From: Lama glama
Lineage: Eukaryota
NCBI GenBank assembly: GCA_028534125.1
Contig: CM052816.1
Location: 70,930,001 to 70,994,000, forward strand
Length of the DNA stretch: 64,000 bases
Reading direction: 5' to 3'
A model generated the notes under the pieces. That model had not been told where the DNA came from and did no database searches. It saw nothing but the letters and a program-made list of their open reading frames with translations. Position numbers and translations under genes: made by a program. The first letter of the stretch is position 1. Every line of letters begins with the position of its first letter. Positions 1-13,574 of this stretch are shown here, in pieces.

Positions 1-858
1 TAAGAATTGAATTGTGTGTATGACATGCTGGAATCCAGAATGGAAGTTGTGTTGGGGAGCAGGAATGAATAGAAATTTTCAATTTAAATACTCATTTGAG
101 AATATTTGAATATCTGTCATTCTTTATAGCCTAAAGGTTAATTCTTGAAAAAATAATTTCCATTAGCAACACAAATTCTAACCTTGTCAAATCCTCTTAT
201 GTAATGCATCAGTGCTGAAAGGCATACTCTTGCAAAACTGTACCATTAAATATATAATCCTGGTTTATAGACAATGTTTTCCTCTAGAAGTTTCCTTGGT
301 TTATCTGTTATTTGCTTATGGGGTATTCATTAAGATATGTTTTACTTTTATGTCCAGTATAAAATAATCATGGAGCATCAATTTTTTGGAGTTATAGAAA
401 ATATTAAAATTATAAAAAAAAAACCCAGTGCTGTACATTTCAATGAAGGAAATGTCTAAAATTCATATAGAAAATATGACCATTTTAAAGTATTTTATTA
501 TATAGTACAATGTATAGTAAAACAATAGCCTAGAGTTCAGTTAAATTTTGGAAAGCATATTTAAGCGTGTATGTAAATCATAGTTAAGCTTCTTCTGGCT
601 TCCCAAGAAATCATTCACACTTTTACCCATTAAAATAATATTTAAAAGAGAGATTTGGGCATTTCTAGTTCATACACATACATAAAATTTTTCTTAGAAA
701 AATAATATTTTAATGTTACTTATTTTAAAAAAAGTTTTTGCTAATGTGATGGTATGCAAATCAATTAAAAAAAATCAACACTGATGTTAAAAAATCACTA
801 TCTCAAAAAGAAAACCAAATCAGAAACAAGTATTTTTGGATTTGTCACTAGGAATTTT

Positions 859-876
859 ACACACACACACACACAC
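859..876. repeat. (AC)9 microsatellite
   Basis: Perfect AC dinucleotide run read directly. Confidence 0.95.
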
Positions 877-2794
877 TTTCCCCCTTGTTACTCCCATATG
901 AAATTCCTGTTTGTATATTGCAGTTTCCTTTTTTCTTAAACTTATATATTCAACATAATCTGAAAGCAAATTATATTCATTACTATTATGATCTTTTCCC
1001 TAGAGTTGGGAATTACCTTCCAGAAGATTTGCTTATCATGTAGAAGTTTCCAGGCTCTACCACTGGTGCTGAGAATGACTGGTTTTGATGTTTTTGAGTT
1101 GTTATGAGCCATTTTTGGAAAACTACAATTTAAATTTGCACACAGAGCTTAGACAGAATAAATATGTTAATAAGTTCCAGGCATGGATTGCACACTCAAA
1201 TTATCATCAATTGTGCATGAAATTTTTCCAGGCTATTTGTTCTGAAAATAAGTACTAAATTATGCATTCAGCTTAGATTCAGGCATAAAATAGGTTTTCA
1301 CAAATATTTTCAGATGGCATTTTTTTTGTGTGTGCAAATACTGTACAATCTTGTTATATGGCACTTTCTCTTTACTAGATTAAAATCAACATACTAGTGC
1401 ATTCATTGCCACACAAGCACAGGCAGATTTTTTTTTTTGCCGCTCTTAAATTATACCTTGGAATAATAAAATTCACTATTTTCTATTAAAACTACCATAA
1501 GCTGCCTTCTATTCACTTTTGTCACTATTGAATGTACCTTCACTCTGAGGAAACAATTGTTAAGTGATCGTTTTCAGTAAGCATTATAGTGGCGATACTG
1601 AGTTCTGGATTTTGCATTCAGTTTTTCAAAATACTTTAAAATGTTAGAACTACATTTATCCTCTTGACTTATATAACAAAATAACTAATAGTTTGAGGTC
1701 AAAAGATTTTTTTAATTTATAGTTATAGCAAAATTTAATATTGGAAGAATAAAAAGGCAAATGAATGATTTTCTTTTTGTGGCTAGCACTAAAAATTTCC
1801 CATCCAAGATTGTTAATTTTACTAATGAACCTATTATTTGGAAGTTGAAATAGCAGATTGCAAGGCCACAAGGATCAGAGTTAGAGAAAATATTTTCTTT
1901 TTGGGCTATGGAAACTAAGCATGAACTTGAAGGACTCTTGTACATTTAAGAAAGGGTACTGAACTTGAAAGCAGCCGCAGAGGAGTAAGAACCTTTGCTG
2001 TGGTGTGAGCTGAGGGTCGGGGAGCTGTAGTAATACAAAAAACTGGATATTTTCTTAGGCTCGGAGCTACAGGCCCCACACACTCTCTCTTGAGGTATCT
2101 GAATTGCCTTCCATTGCAGCTTAGGAATATGTAATCAGGGAGTGTCTGAGCTAAAAAGAAGCACAGGAATACAGTCTGATCTTACAGTGCTTACTGAGAG
2201 CTACGTGGGCTCTAAAGGGGTTGCAGCATAACTGAGTCACATGTAGAACTGCAGTGGCTTCCAAGTACGCTTGTTTATACCTCAGATTATACTTTGAAGT
2301 TCATCATAGCTAAAATGTAAAAAGTGGAACTTACATTTTTGTAATAGAAACGAATGAATAAACACAGTCTTTGCAATGGTCTGTTTCAGTTAGGGAGCCT
2401 GTTAACTAGTGGATGAAAATACCCTAATCTTGCATCTTTTTATGGCTTTGAAAAGATATTTTACTCTTTTGGTAGAAATGAATGATCCCAATTTTTTGAA
2501 TTGAAAAAAAAAAAAAAGGTGTTCCGTATGCTCAGGGACAGCGTCTGTTAAAACTATGCAGTGGGTAAAATTTGTCATTGCTGTCACCACTTTCATACCC
2601 TCCACCCTCTGCCCAAATTTTCCTTTCTTGAGAGTGGATCTTCCCTTTTGATTTTCTCAGTTCACTCCCCACCCCCCAAATCAATTTAGTGAGCGCACTG
2701 CCTATGGATATGCACTCTCTAGGCTGACCTCCCAACAGCCCCTCTGTACTATCCTAAGTGTCCTCTGTGATTGAAGTTTATCCCTAGGTGGCTG

Positions 2795-3310
2795 TCATTT
2801 CCAGGGATTGTTTGTTTGCAAGAAACTAAAACCCGCTACAACTAATCTAAGCACATAAGAATGGCCATCTGTCCAAAGCCAAGAGCAGAAATTGTAGCCA
2901 TGCCTTATGTAAAATTGGAAAAAGGACCTGAGAGGTCATCTATAATAAGGGCAATTATCCTCTCCATCTGTTTTTCTCTGGGGCTGCATGAGTGTATATT
3001 TCTTTTCTCCATACATCTTTTCCTCTTTATCTTGTATACAAGCAGAAAATACTTTGCTTATTTGCAGAGGCAGCCTCATCTTGACTTGCCCCTCAAAGTG
3101 ACCTCTATATTTGAGGCTACTCACTTTACAAATCTAGTACCTGAATTTAATTGACCTGATTGTACCCACTGTAATTTTCTCAGAGGGAGAATCTGATGGA
3201 CCCAACTCAGCCCATGGATTAGGTGTCCTGGCCTGAATTAGTCAGCTTTGTCTAGAGAGAAAGAGGTATCTAGTACAGACAGTGTTGAAGGGTGGAGAGT
3301 GGAGAATGAT
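2795..3310 (-). mobile_element. Old MaLR LTR (MLT1-type), degraded
   Basis: 'gggattgtttgtttgcaagaaactaaaacccgctacaactaatctaagca' and 'gagaatctgatggacccaactcagc...gtcagctttg' resemble antisense MLT1 motifs. Confidence 0.55.
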
Positions 3311-3916
3311 GCCCTGAGGCTTTTTTGCTGTTGTTCTGGCAGCTTTGTTACCTTTTTTTAAATCAAGGAATTGTTAGATAATTTGATTAAATAATCTGTG
3401 TTAATGTGTTCAAAAGGTGCTAGTGAGTTACCCTCTGGTAAAGCTTCTTGCCTTTTAAGGGCTCTTTTGCCCCTAGATCATAAGCGCAAATGCTACTAAG
3501 AGGTTGGACCAAAAATTATATAAAGGAAACATTGAGTATAGAACGATTGTCTGTGGAGGATCTTTCAGACAATTGGAGAGGGCACATGCAGTGTAAAAGC
3601 ATTACAAATTATTTTTAAAATTATGTGTAGGATAAGTGAAACAGCTTGGCAGCCAGAAGCTGCCCACAGCCTGCTATTTTGTGATTCCTGATCTGAAGCC
3701 CTGCTGTGATTCAGAAGGATGATTCTAATGGTTGCTCTGTTGGCATCATGGAAAACCAGTAGAAAAAGCAGTACTGCCGTATGTAATTCTCTAAACCCAG
3801 TAGGAAAAGTTCCGTCTGGGGAGTTAAAAGATCTGGATCCTACTTTTAATTGTCACTTACTGATTTTGAAGATGAGTTTCTCCTCTTTGAACTCACAGAT
3901 AAAGGGGTGACTGCTA

Positions 3917-4128
3917 AGAGGTTTACAAACTTAGTATCATCAGAGCAACATGGTGATAATGATGATCAGGGATGATCAGTGTGTGTCAAAGCAACAAAGA
4001 ACATTCCTAGGTCCTATCCTAGACCAAGTTGCAAAATGTCTGAGGCTGGTGCCTAGAAATGTGTATTTTCTAAAACTCCCCAGATGGTTTTAATGCACTT
4101 GTGGTGGTGACCGCCATTTAGGAAGCTG
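3917..4128. mobile_element. MER5-type hAT-Charlie DNA transposon nested in a MIR fragment
   Basis: 'ggtgcctagaaatgtgtattttctaaaactccccagatggttttaatgca' matches the MER5 core; MIR-like sequence on both sides (about 3815-3915 and 4130-4165). Confidence 0.6.
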
Positions 4129-4829
4129 ACCGAGCTGCTCTCTCAGCTCTGACAGTCTAAGAGACTAATGTTCAAAGACTGACCTTGTTCCATGGGCTAC
4201 TCTGCTTGAAGTGGAATCTGGGATTGCCATAGTGAGTAAAACCAGACTTCCTTTAGGATAGATTAACACATCTGCCATTATTTTCTCCTCAGAGGCTGAT
4301 ATGAGGGATTTCTGTTTTCCTACATGTTAAAGCGTGCCTCTGCTAAGGAGTCAATCATTCAGCCATTAATTCTTGATTCCTGGTTTTGTAATGCTGTTCG
4401 CATTTTGCTGTTTTGTGTGTTTGTATCTTTACACCATCTACAATTTTCTACTCCTCTTCAAAAGTTAACTCTAGTTCTGAGTTTAGAAAGATTTCATACA
4501 CCTTGACCTCTCCCAGTCACATTTCTCTAAATGCACAGTCTCGTTTATGCAATTCTCTTGTGGGTTTCTGTTGTATCTTGCACAGTTGTACATATTTCTT
4601 ATATTGAACTGTAGAACATGGTTTGTTTTTCTGCTTTTCCCACTCAGTTTTACTTTTATGAAGCAAAAACTCCACCTTATTTGTTTCTCTATTACTGGTG
4701 TCTAACACATTGACTGAAAAAAAAAACAAGCATGTTCTCTGTAATGAGTGAATTAGTGACCTGAAAACTGCTGCCACCATTGCTTATGTCACCACCATCA
4801 CCATCATCGTCGTCGTCATCATTGTCAGC

Positions 4830-5060
4830 ACTATATGAATGTAAGAGCTTTACGTACATGTGTTATTTTTCACAGGAACACAATGACAGGTAGTTACCCA
4901 TTTCTGTCTCTCGCTCTGTCTCTTTTTTTCTTTTCAGATGGAAGATCTGGGTACAGCATAAAATAAATGAGCCAAGGTCAGTATGTTTGTAAGCAGCAGA
5001 GCCAGCATCTAAATCTCGTCTGACTTCAGAGCCCAAGGTCTTACCCACAAAGATATACTC
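4830..5060 (-). mobile_element. MIR SINE
   Basis: 'ttttcagatggaagatctggg...ccaaggtca...gcagagccagcatctaaatctcgtctgacttcagagccc' is the antisense MIR core. Confidence 0.75.
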
Positions 5061-5663
5061 CCTCCACCATTTATTACAGTTGCTCTGAAGTCTAGAGTAA
5101 AGATTTGTTAGGCTGCTTTAGAGTCAGGGTCACCAGATTATTCACAAGAAGAGGAGTGATGGAGACATTTGCTGCTTCCCAGTCACTGCTCACACAGCCC
5201 TAGATGTTGTGTCTTTTTCTCTGTTTTTACCCCTGCATCTGCATGACCATATCTCTGTGCAAGCTTTGGTGAAGGCAGAGTCACAGTGATTCTGGTTTGC
5301 AAGGTGAAAGCCAGGAAGACAATACACTATTCTGCCAGAAATACATCAACCTGTTCTGGGAAAACAGAACAAAACAAAGCAAACAGACATGCAAAAACTC
5401 TAGTTCTTCATAACCATCACAGTTGACTAGGTGATCTAGGAAAAAAATACAGTCATTAAAAATATTTGGTGTCACGTGTCACCATGTGCAAACTGACACA
5501 TATGCTAATGTTGGCAATTTCTTATGAGTGCTGATTAGCTTTATTTATTACAATCTGAAATGCATTTTATAACTGAGGCAGGACTCTTATTTTTGAAATG
5601 CCCACTGTGTATTACTGTCTCTGGTCATTTCTAACTACCTGACATACAAACACAATAGAATCA

Positions 5664-5895
5664 GTAGCAAAATGTTTTGAAAGCTCACTTTGCATCATGT
5701 ACTGCTTTACATATATCGTTTTAGTTCATCCTGTGAACGACAACTTAATGCTATCCCCACTTCACAAAGGCAGAACCTGAGGCCTAGAGAGAGCGAGTAA
5801 ATTAGCGTTAACATGTAGCTAATAAATGGAAGAAATAATATTCAAATAAAATTCTGTCTGATTTTAAAGCCTAGGATATATGATATTAACTACCT
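5664..5895 (-). mobile_element. MIR SINE
   Basis: 'atccccacttcacaaaggcagaacctgaggcctagagag...tctgtctgattttaaagcc' resembles antisense MIR. Confidence 0.7.
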
Positions 5896-5924
5896 CTGTG
5901 CCCTGAATCTTACCATTCTGCCAA

Positions 5925-6260
5925 GTGTTCCGCACTTTCACATCTCTGCCTGTGCTGTTCCCTCTACCTTGGGTTGCCTTTCCCACTCGTCCACCTGAAC
6001 TTCTGTTCATCCTTCAAAAATCAGCCCAAGCATCAGCACATCTGGAAGGCCTTCCTTGCCCAGCGTTCCACTGCCACCCCTTGCACTGAATCAGCTGACT
6101 CATTTTGTCTTATTTAGCAACACTCCATTATTGCATTTATAAAATCATACTTAATTTTTCTTACAATGTATTGTGAAGATGTTCTCTTAACATTCCCAAT
6201 GCCCAGCAAAATGTCTGGCTTGCTGAGAATATAGAAGGCACCCTCCATGGAGAAATGAGT
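5925..6260 (+). mobile_element. LINE-2 3' fragment
   Basis: 'tgtgctgttccctctaccttgg...ttcatccttcaaaaatcagcccaagcatca...gaaggccttcc' and 'cccaatgcccagcaaaatgtctggc' are typical of the L2 3' end. Confidence 0.7.
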
Positions 6261-6284
6261 TCCACTGCTGATTTTTTGGGAGGA

Positions 6285-7480
6285 AAAATTCTTTAACTTC
6301 AAACTAACAGAGAAGTTGCAAAATAGGGTAAATAATTTAAGTATTTTCCCCCCAGATTCATCAAAAATTGTTTGCTATAATTATGTTGTTTTTCCTTTCT
6401 TCCTTCTTTCCCTCCTTCCTTTCCTTTCTTTCTTTCTCTCTCTTTCTCTATTATATATATGTGTGTTTTCTCATTTATCTCTCATACATATATATGTGTA
6501 TGTATAGGTTGGTCTAGATCCCATTTATATATATATCTGAGAAGGAACAAGTTGCAAATATCATGTCCTTATTTGTAAATATTCAGTATGTATTATCTGA
6601 GAATAAGGACATTCTCTTATTCAACTACGGTCCCACTCATCAAAATAGTGAAATTTAGCGATGATTTAGAAGTGATACATTAATTACCTAATTTATGTTG
6701 ATTTTCAAATGTCATTTGTTGTGCCAATAATGTCCTTTTAGCTCTTTATTTCCAGTTCAAGATCATTCATCATCTTATTTAATCTGAAATAGTTCTTCAC
6801 TCTTCTTATTTCTCTCACTCTTACTACTTTGACATACTTTAGAGTATATGCTAGTTATATTGGAGAATAACTGATGGCTTTGATGTTTTGTCTGTTTCCT
6901 CCTGATTCGGTTCAGTTTATACATTTGTCAAGAATTTCACAGAAGTCATATTGCATCTTTCACAGTGATCACTTCTGAAGGCACACATTATTTTTGTTGC
7001 TGTTGTTTATTTTGCTTTTATCCATATTATTGGTGATGCCAACTTTTGATCGTTCCTGTAGGATGGTATCCTCTTGTTCCTTTTAAAGAAGTAGATAATT
7101 AATATGTTATATGTGAGAAGATATTTTGAGACCCTGTAAATTTTTCTTTCCTTCTACAAATTCGTTCATTCTGCCTTAATCAAGGACCATGGTTATTACA
7201 CAGAGGCGATTTTCTAATTCCATCATTCCTTGTGCATTTATCAGTTGGCATTCTGCTGTAAGGAAAATCTTTCCCTTCTCCTTTATTTATTTATTTATTT
7301 TAATATGGACTCATGGCTTTTTATTCTATTCAGTGGTCTATAACTCATACAAAGACAAACATTTTATAAAATCATAAAATAGTCTTACATTTGACCAGCG
7401 AGGCCCTCTCAAAACTGTCTATTGCATGTTCTCTTGATGCTGTTTTATACACATTTCTTTTTGTTACTTCTCATATTTTC
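6285..7480 (-). mobile_element. Ancient L1 3' UTR (L1MC-like)
   Basis: 'ttcaaactaacagagaagttgcaaaatag...cccagattcatcaa', 'gaataaggacattctctta' and 'tcagttggcattctgctgtaaggaa...tatggactcatgg' resemble the L1MC4/5 3' end in antisense. Confidence 0.7.
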
Positions 7481-7560
7481 AGAGTCAGCCAGGTTTTGAT
7501 GTTAAGAGACAAGAACTCTGGGATGGAGATGAGTGGATTCCTGCATTGTTGGAGCTACAG

Positions 7561-7735
7561 TCAGTGGTGCACAGCAACAGGCCTTAGAGAGCCAATTGCT
7601 TGCATCTGTCCTCAACTCCCTGTGGCATCATCATGTTGGTAGCTTGAAATCAGCCATACCATGAAAATTGTTAGGCTTCCCCCATCCCCACACCCCTGAG
7701 ATTTGACCGTTAAACATTTCACCAGCACACTGCTG
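7561..7735. mobile_element. MER63-type hAT DNA transposon inside a MIR
   Basis: 'cagtggtg...gagagccaattg...catgttggtagcttgaaatcagccat...gttaaacatttcaccagcacactg' matches MER63A; MIR-like flanks at about 7495-7560 and 7735-7830. Confidence 0.7.
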
Positions 7736-9214
7736 GCTATATTCAATCTCAAATTTGCCGATACTTTTTTCAGACTAAGCATCCTGAGCAGAAGTTGGTG
7801 TACCTTTCCTTGAAGTCTCTAATGTCACATACTGGTCTCCTGTCTTGGAACAGAGTCCTTAGGAGCGGTATGAGAATGAATGGGAGATAAACAGTAGCTG
7901 GGAGTGAATTTCCCCGCTGGTTATCCTTCCCAATGTGTAAAAGAGGCATCATAACCCTAGAGTCATGTGGTAAAAAGAGGTCATTCCAATTCCATGAGCT
8001 TGGCTCTCTGGGGTCTCAGAGGGGTGTGTGCCTGGAGCTGAGGAGGTCCCTTCTGAATGGGCAAATACAATTACCCAGCTTCAATGGATGCAGCTGCCAT
8101 TTTAGGTTCACTGATTCCTCTTCCCCTCAACCTTGCAGCCCCCACACCATGTCTTTGTCTCACTGCAGCCCATCACAGAGAGCTGCCCCAGATAACTACA
8201 AGTTAAAAATGCTTGGGTGAATTTGTTCTGGAAAGTGGGGTCTCTATCAAATTCTTATTTAAAATGTGTGTGCCCAGCTGGAACATTTATTTATCTCAGA
8301 TTGATAAGCAAGCCTAGGCTTGTTTTCATCAGCTCCAAATTTGCTTTGACATGGGAATGTTGACACTACCAACCTGGGCTCAAATTTGATCACATGCTTT
8401 TACCGAAAGGGTGGCCAGCAGGCTAGGATTCCTCTAATGTGACAGTACGTGAATGTACTCTCCAGCTTTAAATGTAATAACATTTGAAAGGCTTGCTCTA
8501 ACACTAAGAGGGGATGTAGCATTCTTGAACAGATGCAACTTTAAGTGCTGCACCGTTCTCAGAAAGGTAACCAGGAATATGGAAGCTTCACTCACTGTCC
8601 TCCAAATCCACAAAAAATCACTCTCTCTCAGTCTGCCGCTTCCAAAGGAAAGTAGAGAGCATAAAGGGCATTTATGTAAGCATTTTTATTTTTCCTCTAT
8701 GTCTTGTGTCATATAAAGCTGCATTTTCTTTTTATAATAATTTGTAAAATAAAGATGGAAAAATAAAAATTTTCTCCAATTTGCTTTATTATTTGTAGGA
8801 TTGTTTTCTGACAGATCTGATTGTGACAAGCAGAGGGATATTAAAGGCTGACACCTGCTATTAAGTTGGAATTTTTGATGAGGTTCAAAGATGGATCTCC
8901 ATGACCTGGAAAAATAAATCAAGGTCACTGATTGACTCATGCAAAGTCTTTTCAGCCATTTATATTACAATGTAATTATAGCAAACTGATGTACAATCCT
9001 GGAAGAGCTGTAACCTACTCACATTGATACATATGCATTGTATAATGAATAAATGAAAAGTGGAAAAAACAATATGCAAAGGAAATTGTCTATATTCTTC
9101 ATCATAAGGAGGTTCTAAGTACTGTACAGCTACCTTAAAGGTTAGTTTCTGAATCCTCACCCTTCAGTGGTTTTCAGATTGTCTTGATTTACTATAATTT
9201 TGCTAGTATTCACG

Positions 9215-9245
9215 TTATTATTACTACTACTACTACTACTACTAC

Positions 9246-9277
<32 letters not shown>

Positions 9278-9281
9278 TATA
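9215..9281. repeat. Compound (TAC)n(TAT)n trinucleotide microsatellite
   Basis: Read directly. Confidence 0.95.
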
Positions 9282-9778
9282 CTTTAAAACATAGTTCTAT
9301 TATTTTACCCAATCTTAGAAATTAGCATTTCAGAACCACAACACTCTCTGATTATAATATTGAAGAAAATTCATTATCTTTGAAGAAACATCAAATCAAA
9401 GTGTGTATTGAGATTTCCTTTGCTGCAGTGACTTTGGGAAATTGTGGAGTGATGCTCACATTCCCAGAAGCTTCTTCCTAATTTATCTCAGGGTTAGACT
9501 CGGTCTTTATAAGTCAGTGTTTAGCTCTTTTGTCAAGGAGTGGTGGTATACACATACAAAGGGAAGTGCTATATATGGTTATGTTCATTGAGGATGCAAG
9601 TTTTCTTGGCAATATTTTCTTTCTTGGATGAAAAGGAACGAGTAGCTGGCAGATACGTTCCCTGAACTAGGAAAGAAGACAGTCAGAAATGTAGCGATTC
9701 AAGAAGTACACCAAGGGGTTGCTTAGCCTTTCCTGATCACGAGCAGTTCTTTTCCTTAGTTATTCTTTGAAGAAAATT

Positions 9779-9814
9779 AAAAAAAAAAAAAGAAGAAGAA
9801 GAAGAAGAAAAAAA
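9779..9814. repeat. Poly(A) followed by (AAG)n
   Basis: Read directly. Confidence 0.9.
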
Positions 9815-12762
9815 CAGAAAAGGTAGAAAAGATCAAGGAGCAAAGCTTTGGCTATTAAGTATTGCCATAAAATTCCTGTACCTGAGAAATGGGAAATAAA
9901 GGCATAGATAGAATTTTTTTTCCCTCACTAATTCCAGGAGATTCCAGTACATTGTTGCACCTCAGTCAGTCAGTAGCTAAATCCCTTCACCTAAGATTGC
10001 GTTAAGCTTTTCTTTACCTAGTTGCTATTATGGAAACTGTATCTCTGTCTCTGTCTCTATATATCTAGTTGTCTATCTATGTAGCTTTTCTATATATTGA
10101 CTACATTATAATGTGGGAATACCCTGGTATGACCTTCTTCTAGAATACATTATTTGTCATTCTGGGGATATCTTTTCATGTTTATTTGAAAACCTCAACT
10201 GGGGATCTCTGAATTAGAGTAATCTTCTTACGGCTTTTTTTTAAAGGCATTTTTAAAATTAAAAACTTACTGTTTAATTTACAAAGTAATGATCTAAATA
10301 TTTTCAAAAAGTAGTTGGAATTTTTAAGGTCATTTCTGGAAATTATATAGAAATCAAAATTACCTTCTATAGAACATTACAATCAACTCAGAAGTTATGC
10401 AAATAGAAAAATAATTTATCTTTTATTTCCTGCTGATTAAAATTTGATGTCATGTCAACCTTAATTAAGACTATAATCTCAAATTTGTGTTTTTAGTCTC
10501 AAGAAAACTACTGGTGACTCTGTGTCATAAAGATAATCTAGCCATTCTTGATTGGATAAAGGAGGCAACTTATTTTCTCAAGAAAATTTGTAATTCAGTG
10601 GATACCATAATACAATTGGAATAAAAATATATAATCCAGTGAAATAAAATGAATTCTCATGTCTGTAAATATTTACATTTGCAGAATGTATATTGTAGGA
10701 TGTCCTAAAAGTTGACTGAAAGGAGCACTTGTCTCCAGGTAAATGGGAGGGGGCCTAGCAACACATTTACAAAGCTGCGGAGATTGCAAAACTAAATCAC
10801 ATCAGATGCTGCAGGGTAACATAAATAGGATTGTGTCTCTGTGCATTTTCAGTGGTTAATATGCAGATGGAGCACTTTTGTGGAATTAGTTTGGCTCCTG
10901 TTCAGCTCCCGGCAATATCAATATTAAATCTCTAGTACAGTTGAATAAGTAGGGGATTAACATATTTCCAGTTTCATTTTATTATGTACCTTGATGGTTG
11001 ATTTCTTCTATTGGAAAAAAAATGCTTTTGAAGTTACTTCAATGAGCTTGTTCTAAAGACATGAGAAACTGTAGACACTTGAATTGTAACAAATGTATTT
11101 AGTAGCTTTCAGAAAACTTACAAGGGAAAGGATTCCTTTCTGCATCATATTAACATGACTAGTTGTTAATATTTTTGTATGAATGGCATTTTCTGGGTAC
11201 AGATGATGAATATTAGCTTTGTTGCTAATGTATTAAAATATCATAGTTAAAATGCTATCAATTACCCATCTTTCTCTCTTTTTCCCCCTTCCTTTTTAGG
11301 CAAGGTAGATACAACAAAAAAGTGCACAGCTGCTACCTGCAATGTTCCCTAGAGCGAATTCGATTTTGCTTGTGCTTTGTCTGCAATTTTCCTCTTGAAA
11401 TTTGGCACAATATACATAAAAATTAGAATATCAGCCACTAATATTGTAGATTCTGCCAGACAGAACCATCAGTATGAAAAAGGAAAAAGAAAAGAAAAAC
11501 CCACTGCCTTTCATAGATACCCTTCAGCCATCACAGTGACAAAATAATTGTAGGACCAGTAAGATTAGTCAGACCACATGGGCACAGGACACCGAATCTG
11601 TGACAGAATCAAATGTGCTATTAAGAAAGTAGCCAAGTAAGGGCATGCTGTTCTGACACTTCCAGTGCTGCCTGTGAATATAGAATGCTTTCTTTGAGTG
11701 AATGTCAGGGCATGATGATTACCATAATTAAACCATACATACATGGCACATTTGTAACTGTTTAAAGTTCTAGCAAGTAAAGATTAGTCACAACTGGAAA
11801 CCTGCTACAGTGACCGTGGCCTAAAGACGTCGCAGAGTTCGAGTGTCAGAGGTAACACCCATCCAAAGAAAGCACAGCCCTACTCTCAATGGTTCTGTTT
11901 GCCTCATGGAAACATGTTACTAGAATCTATTTGTGCATGCTATGGTTTAAAAGAAAAGATAAACTCATTGATTCCAACCAATTCTGTTTTTCTTACCAGG
12001 CAGCAGAAACTGAGAAGCTTTGTGTCATATGTTTTATAGGGAAGCCAGAAAACATTTCTCCCTTTGTGAGGGCCTAGCAATAAAACAGTCTGGAAAGTCA
12101 CATTAATTATTATGTATTGAAGGTTGAATTGATGAGCATCCCACCAGTTAGTGCCTGGATGTACTCTAACTTTTAAAATGCACTAACATCCTGCCTGGCT
12201 ATATGTGGTTATATATACTCAGTAGATTATAGGGGTTTATGTATTTCCAGCACCTGGTTAGGATATTTTTAAAAAGTTCATTGTGTGACTCACTGCTTTA
12301 CCTCTAACGCTGGCTTTGTAATACAAGATAAAAGTTTTGTTTTGTTTTAATAACGGACTAGTCTAATAGGAGGTGATGGTAGTACAACATAGTAATTCAT
12401 TTAATAACCCTGGTAAAGATAGTTTTATTTTCTAAGAGTGGATATTGCCAAGAAATACTTCTAGCCTATTTTTAAATATATTAAACTTGTAGAAGAATTG
12501 TGGACAATAAATTCAGACAGTTACCTGCTTTTAAAAAATCTCTTCCTCTTTGTAACTGACTGTACTTCAAAAAAAAAAAACCTCTAAAATGTACTTGATG
12601 TAAAATGTAAATTAATCTCAGTCACAAAACATACATTTCACACTAGAATTTTAAAAGAAGATATTGGAGAGAAAAAAAAAAGAATTCCTTGTTTATGCTA
12701 ATTAACTGACTCATTCAACTAATACTTATTATTAAACTCTTGTACAGTATTTATCAAATACT

Positions 12763-13330
12763 TGTTACCCAAGGGGGTGCTGACTTAGCCTAGGATATAT
12801 TTGGAAAAACTGTGGGCACCTTTCTCAAGGTAACAATGAACTGGGGGTACCGCTGACATTTAGTGTGTGGGGGCCCGCCCCAGCCCTCTTGCAATGCATG
12901 GTTATCTGCCTCTTCTCACCTAAGATAGGAAGTTTCCACTTCAGACATCTCCGTGCATCATCTTCTTTGGCTGAGAGTTTTCTCCAGCATCACAGGAGTT
13001 TACTCAGCCACAAGTAGGGGCAAACGTGAAGAAAGGAATAGTTAAAGACCCCAGTGGATCTTAGGAATCCACAGATAGATGCCTCAGCCTTCCTGTCCTT
13101 GGGTAAACGGTACTTCTGAGACATGTTCCACATGTTTCTCTGAGGATATCCAGTGGGCTGGGCCCCATTTACCCGGAGCAATGTCCCACACATTAACTCA
13201 CCCTGTATTCCCTTTTTTTCCTTCCCTGCACCCATGTCCTTTTCTCATTGTATGTTTTGGGGAGATGCCAGTCTAAGACATAATCCCTCACAAAGAAGGA
13301 TTATCCTGAATCCCTCACAACTACTGGATG
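12763..13330. mobile_element. MER20B-like DNA transposon split by an LTR16 insertion
   Basis: Left part 'gtaacaatgaactgggggtaccgctgacatttagtgtgtgggggcc'; right part 'tccctcacaaagaaggattatcctg' resumes after the LTR. Confidence 0.5.
12880..13280 (+). mobile_element. ERVL solo LTR (LTR16-type)
   Basis: 'gatagatgcctcagccttcctgtccttggg...cattaactcaccctgtatt...ttttggggagatgccagtctaagaca' matches the LTR16 3' half and ends in ...AAGACA. Confidence 0.7.
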
Positions 13331-13574
13331 TCTTGCTGAGTATTCAGTAGATTGTATATGCACTTACACTACTCTTATATGACATATGTTATATACATTT
13401 ACATTACATTTAATAAGCCTAGAATCTACTTAAAAAGTAGATTTTGCATGGTTTCAAAATAAAAATTTTCAGGAATACAACTATGGGGAAAGTGAGAAGA
13501 TTTTACTGAATTTTGTTCTATCTTCACCCAGAAATTTTTAGCATTTTGGAAAATTTTGTCACCAGTCATAGAAA

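Noticed and set aside
11270..11310. Strong polypyrimidine tract and AG followed by GCAAG|GTAGAT (5-nt microexon?)
   Set aside because: Weak donor, frame-shifting length and no supporting ORF; the similar case at 48971-48975 is rejected for the same reasons
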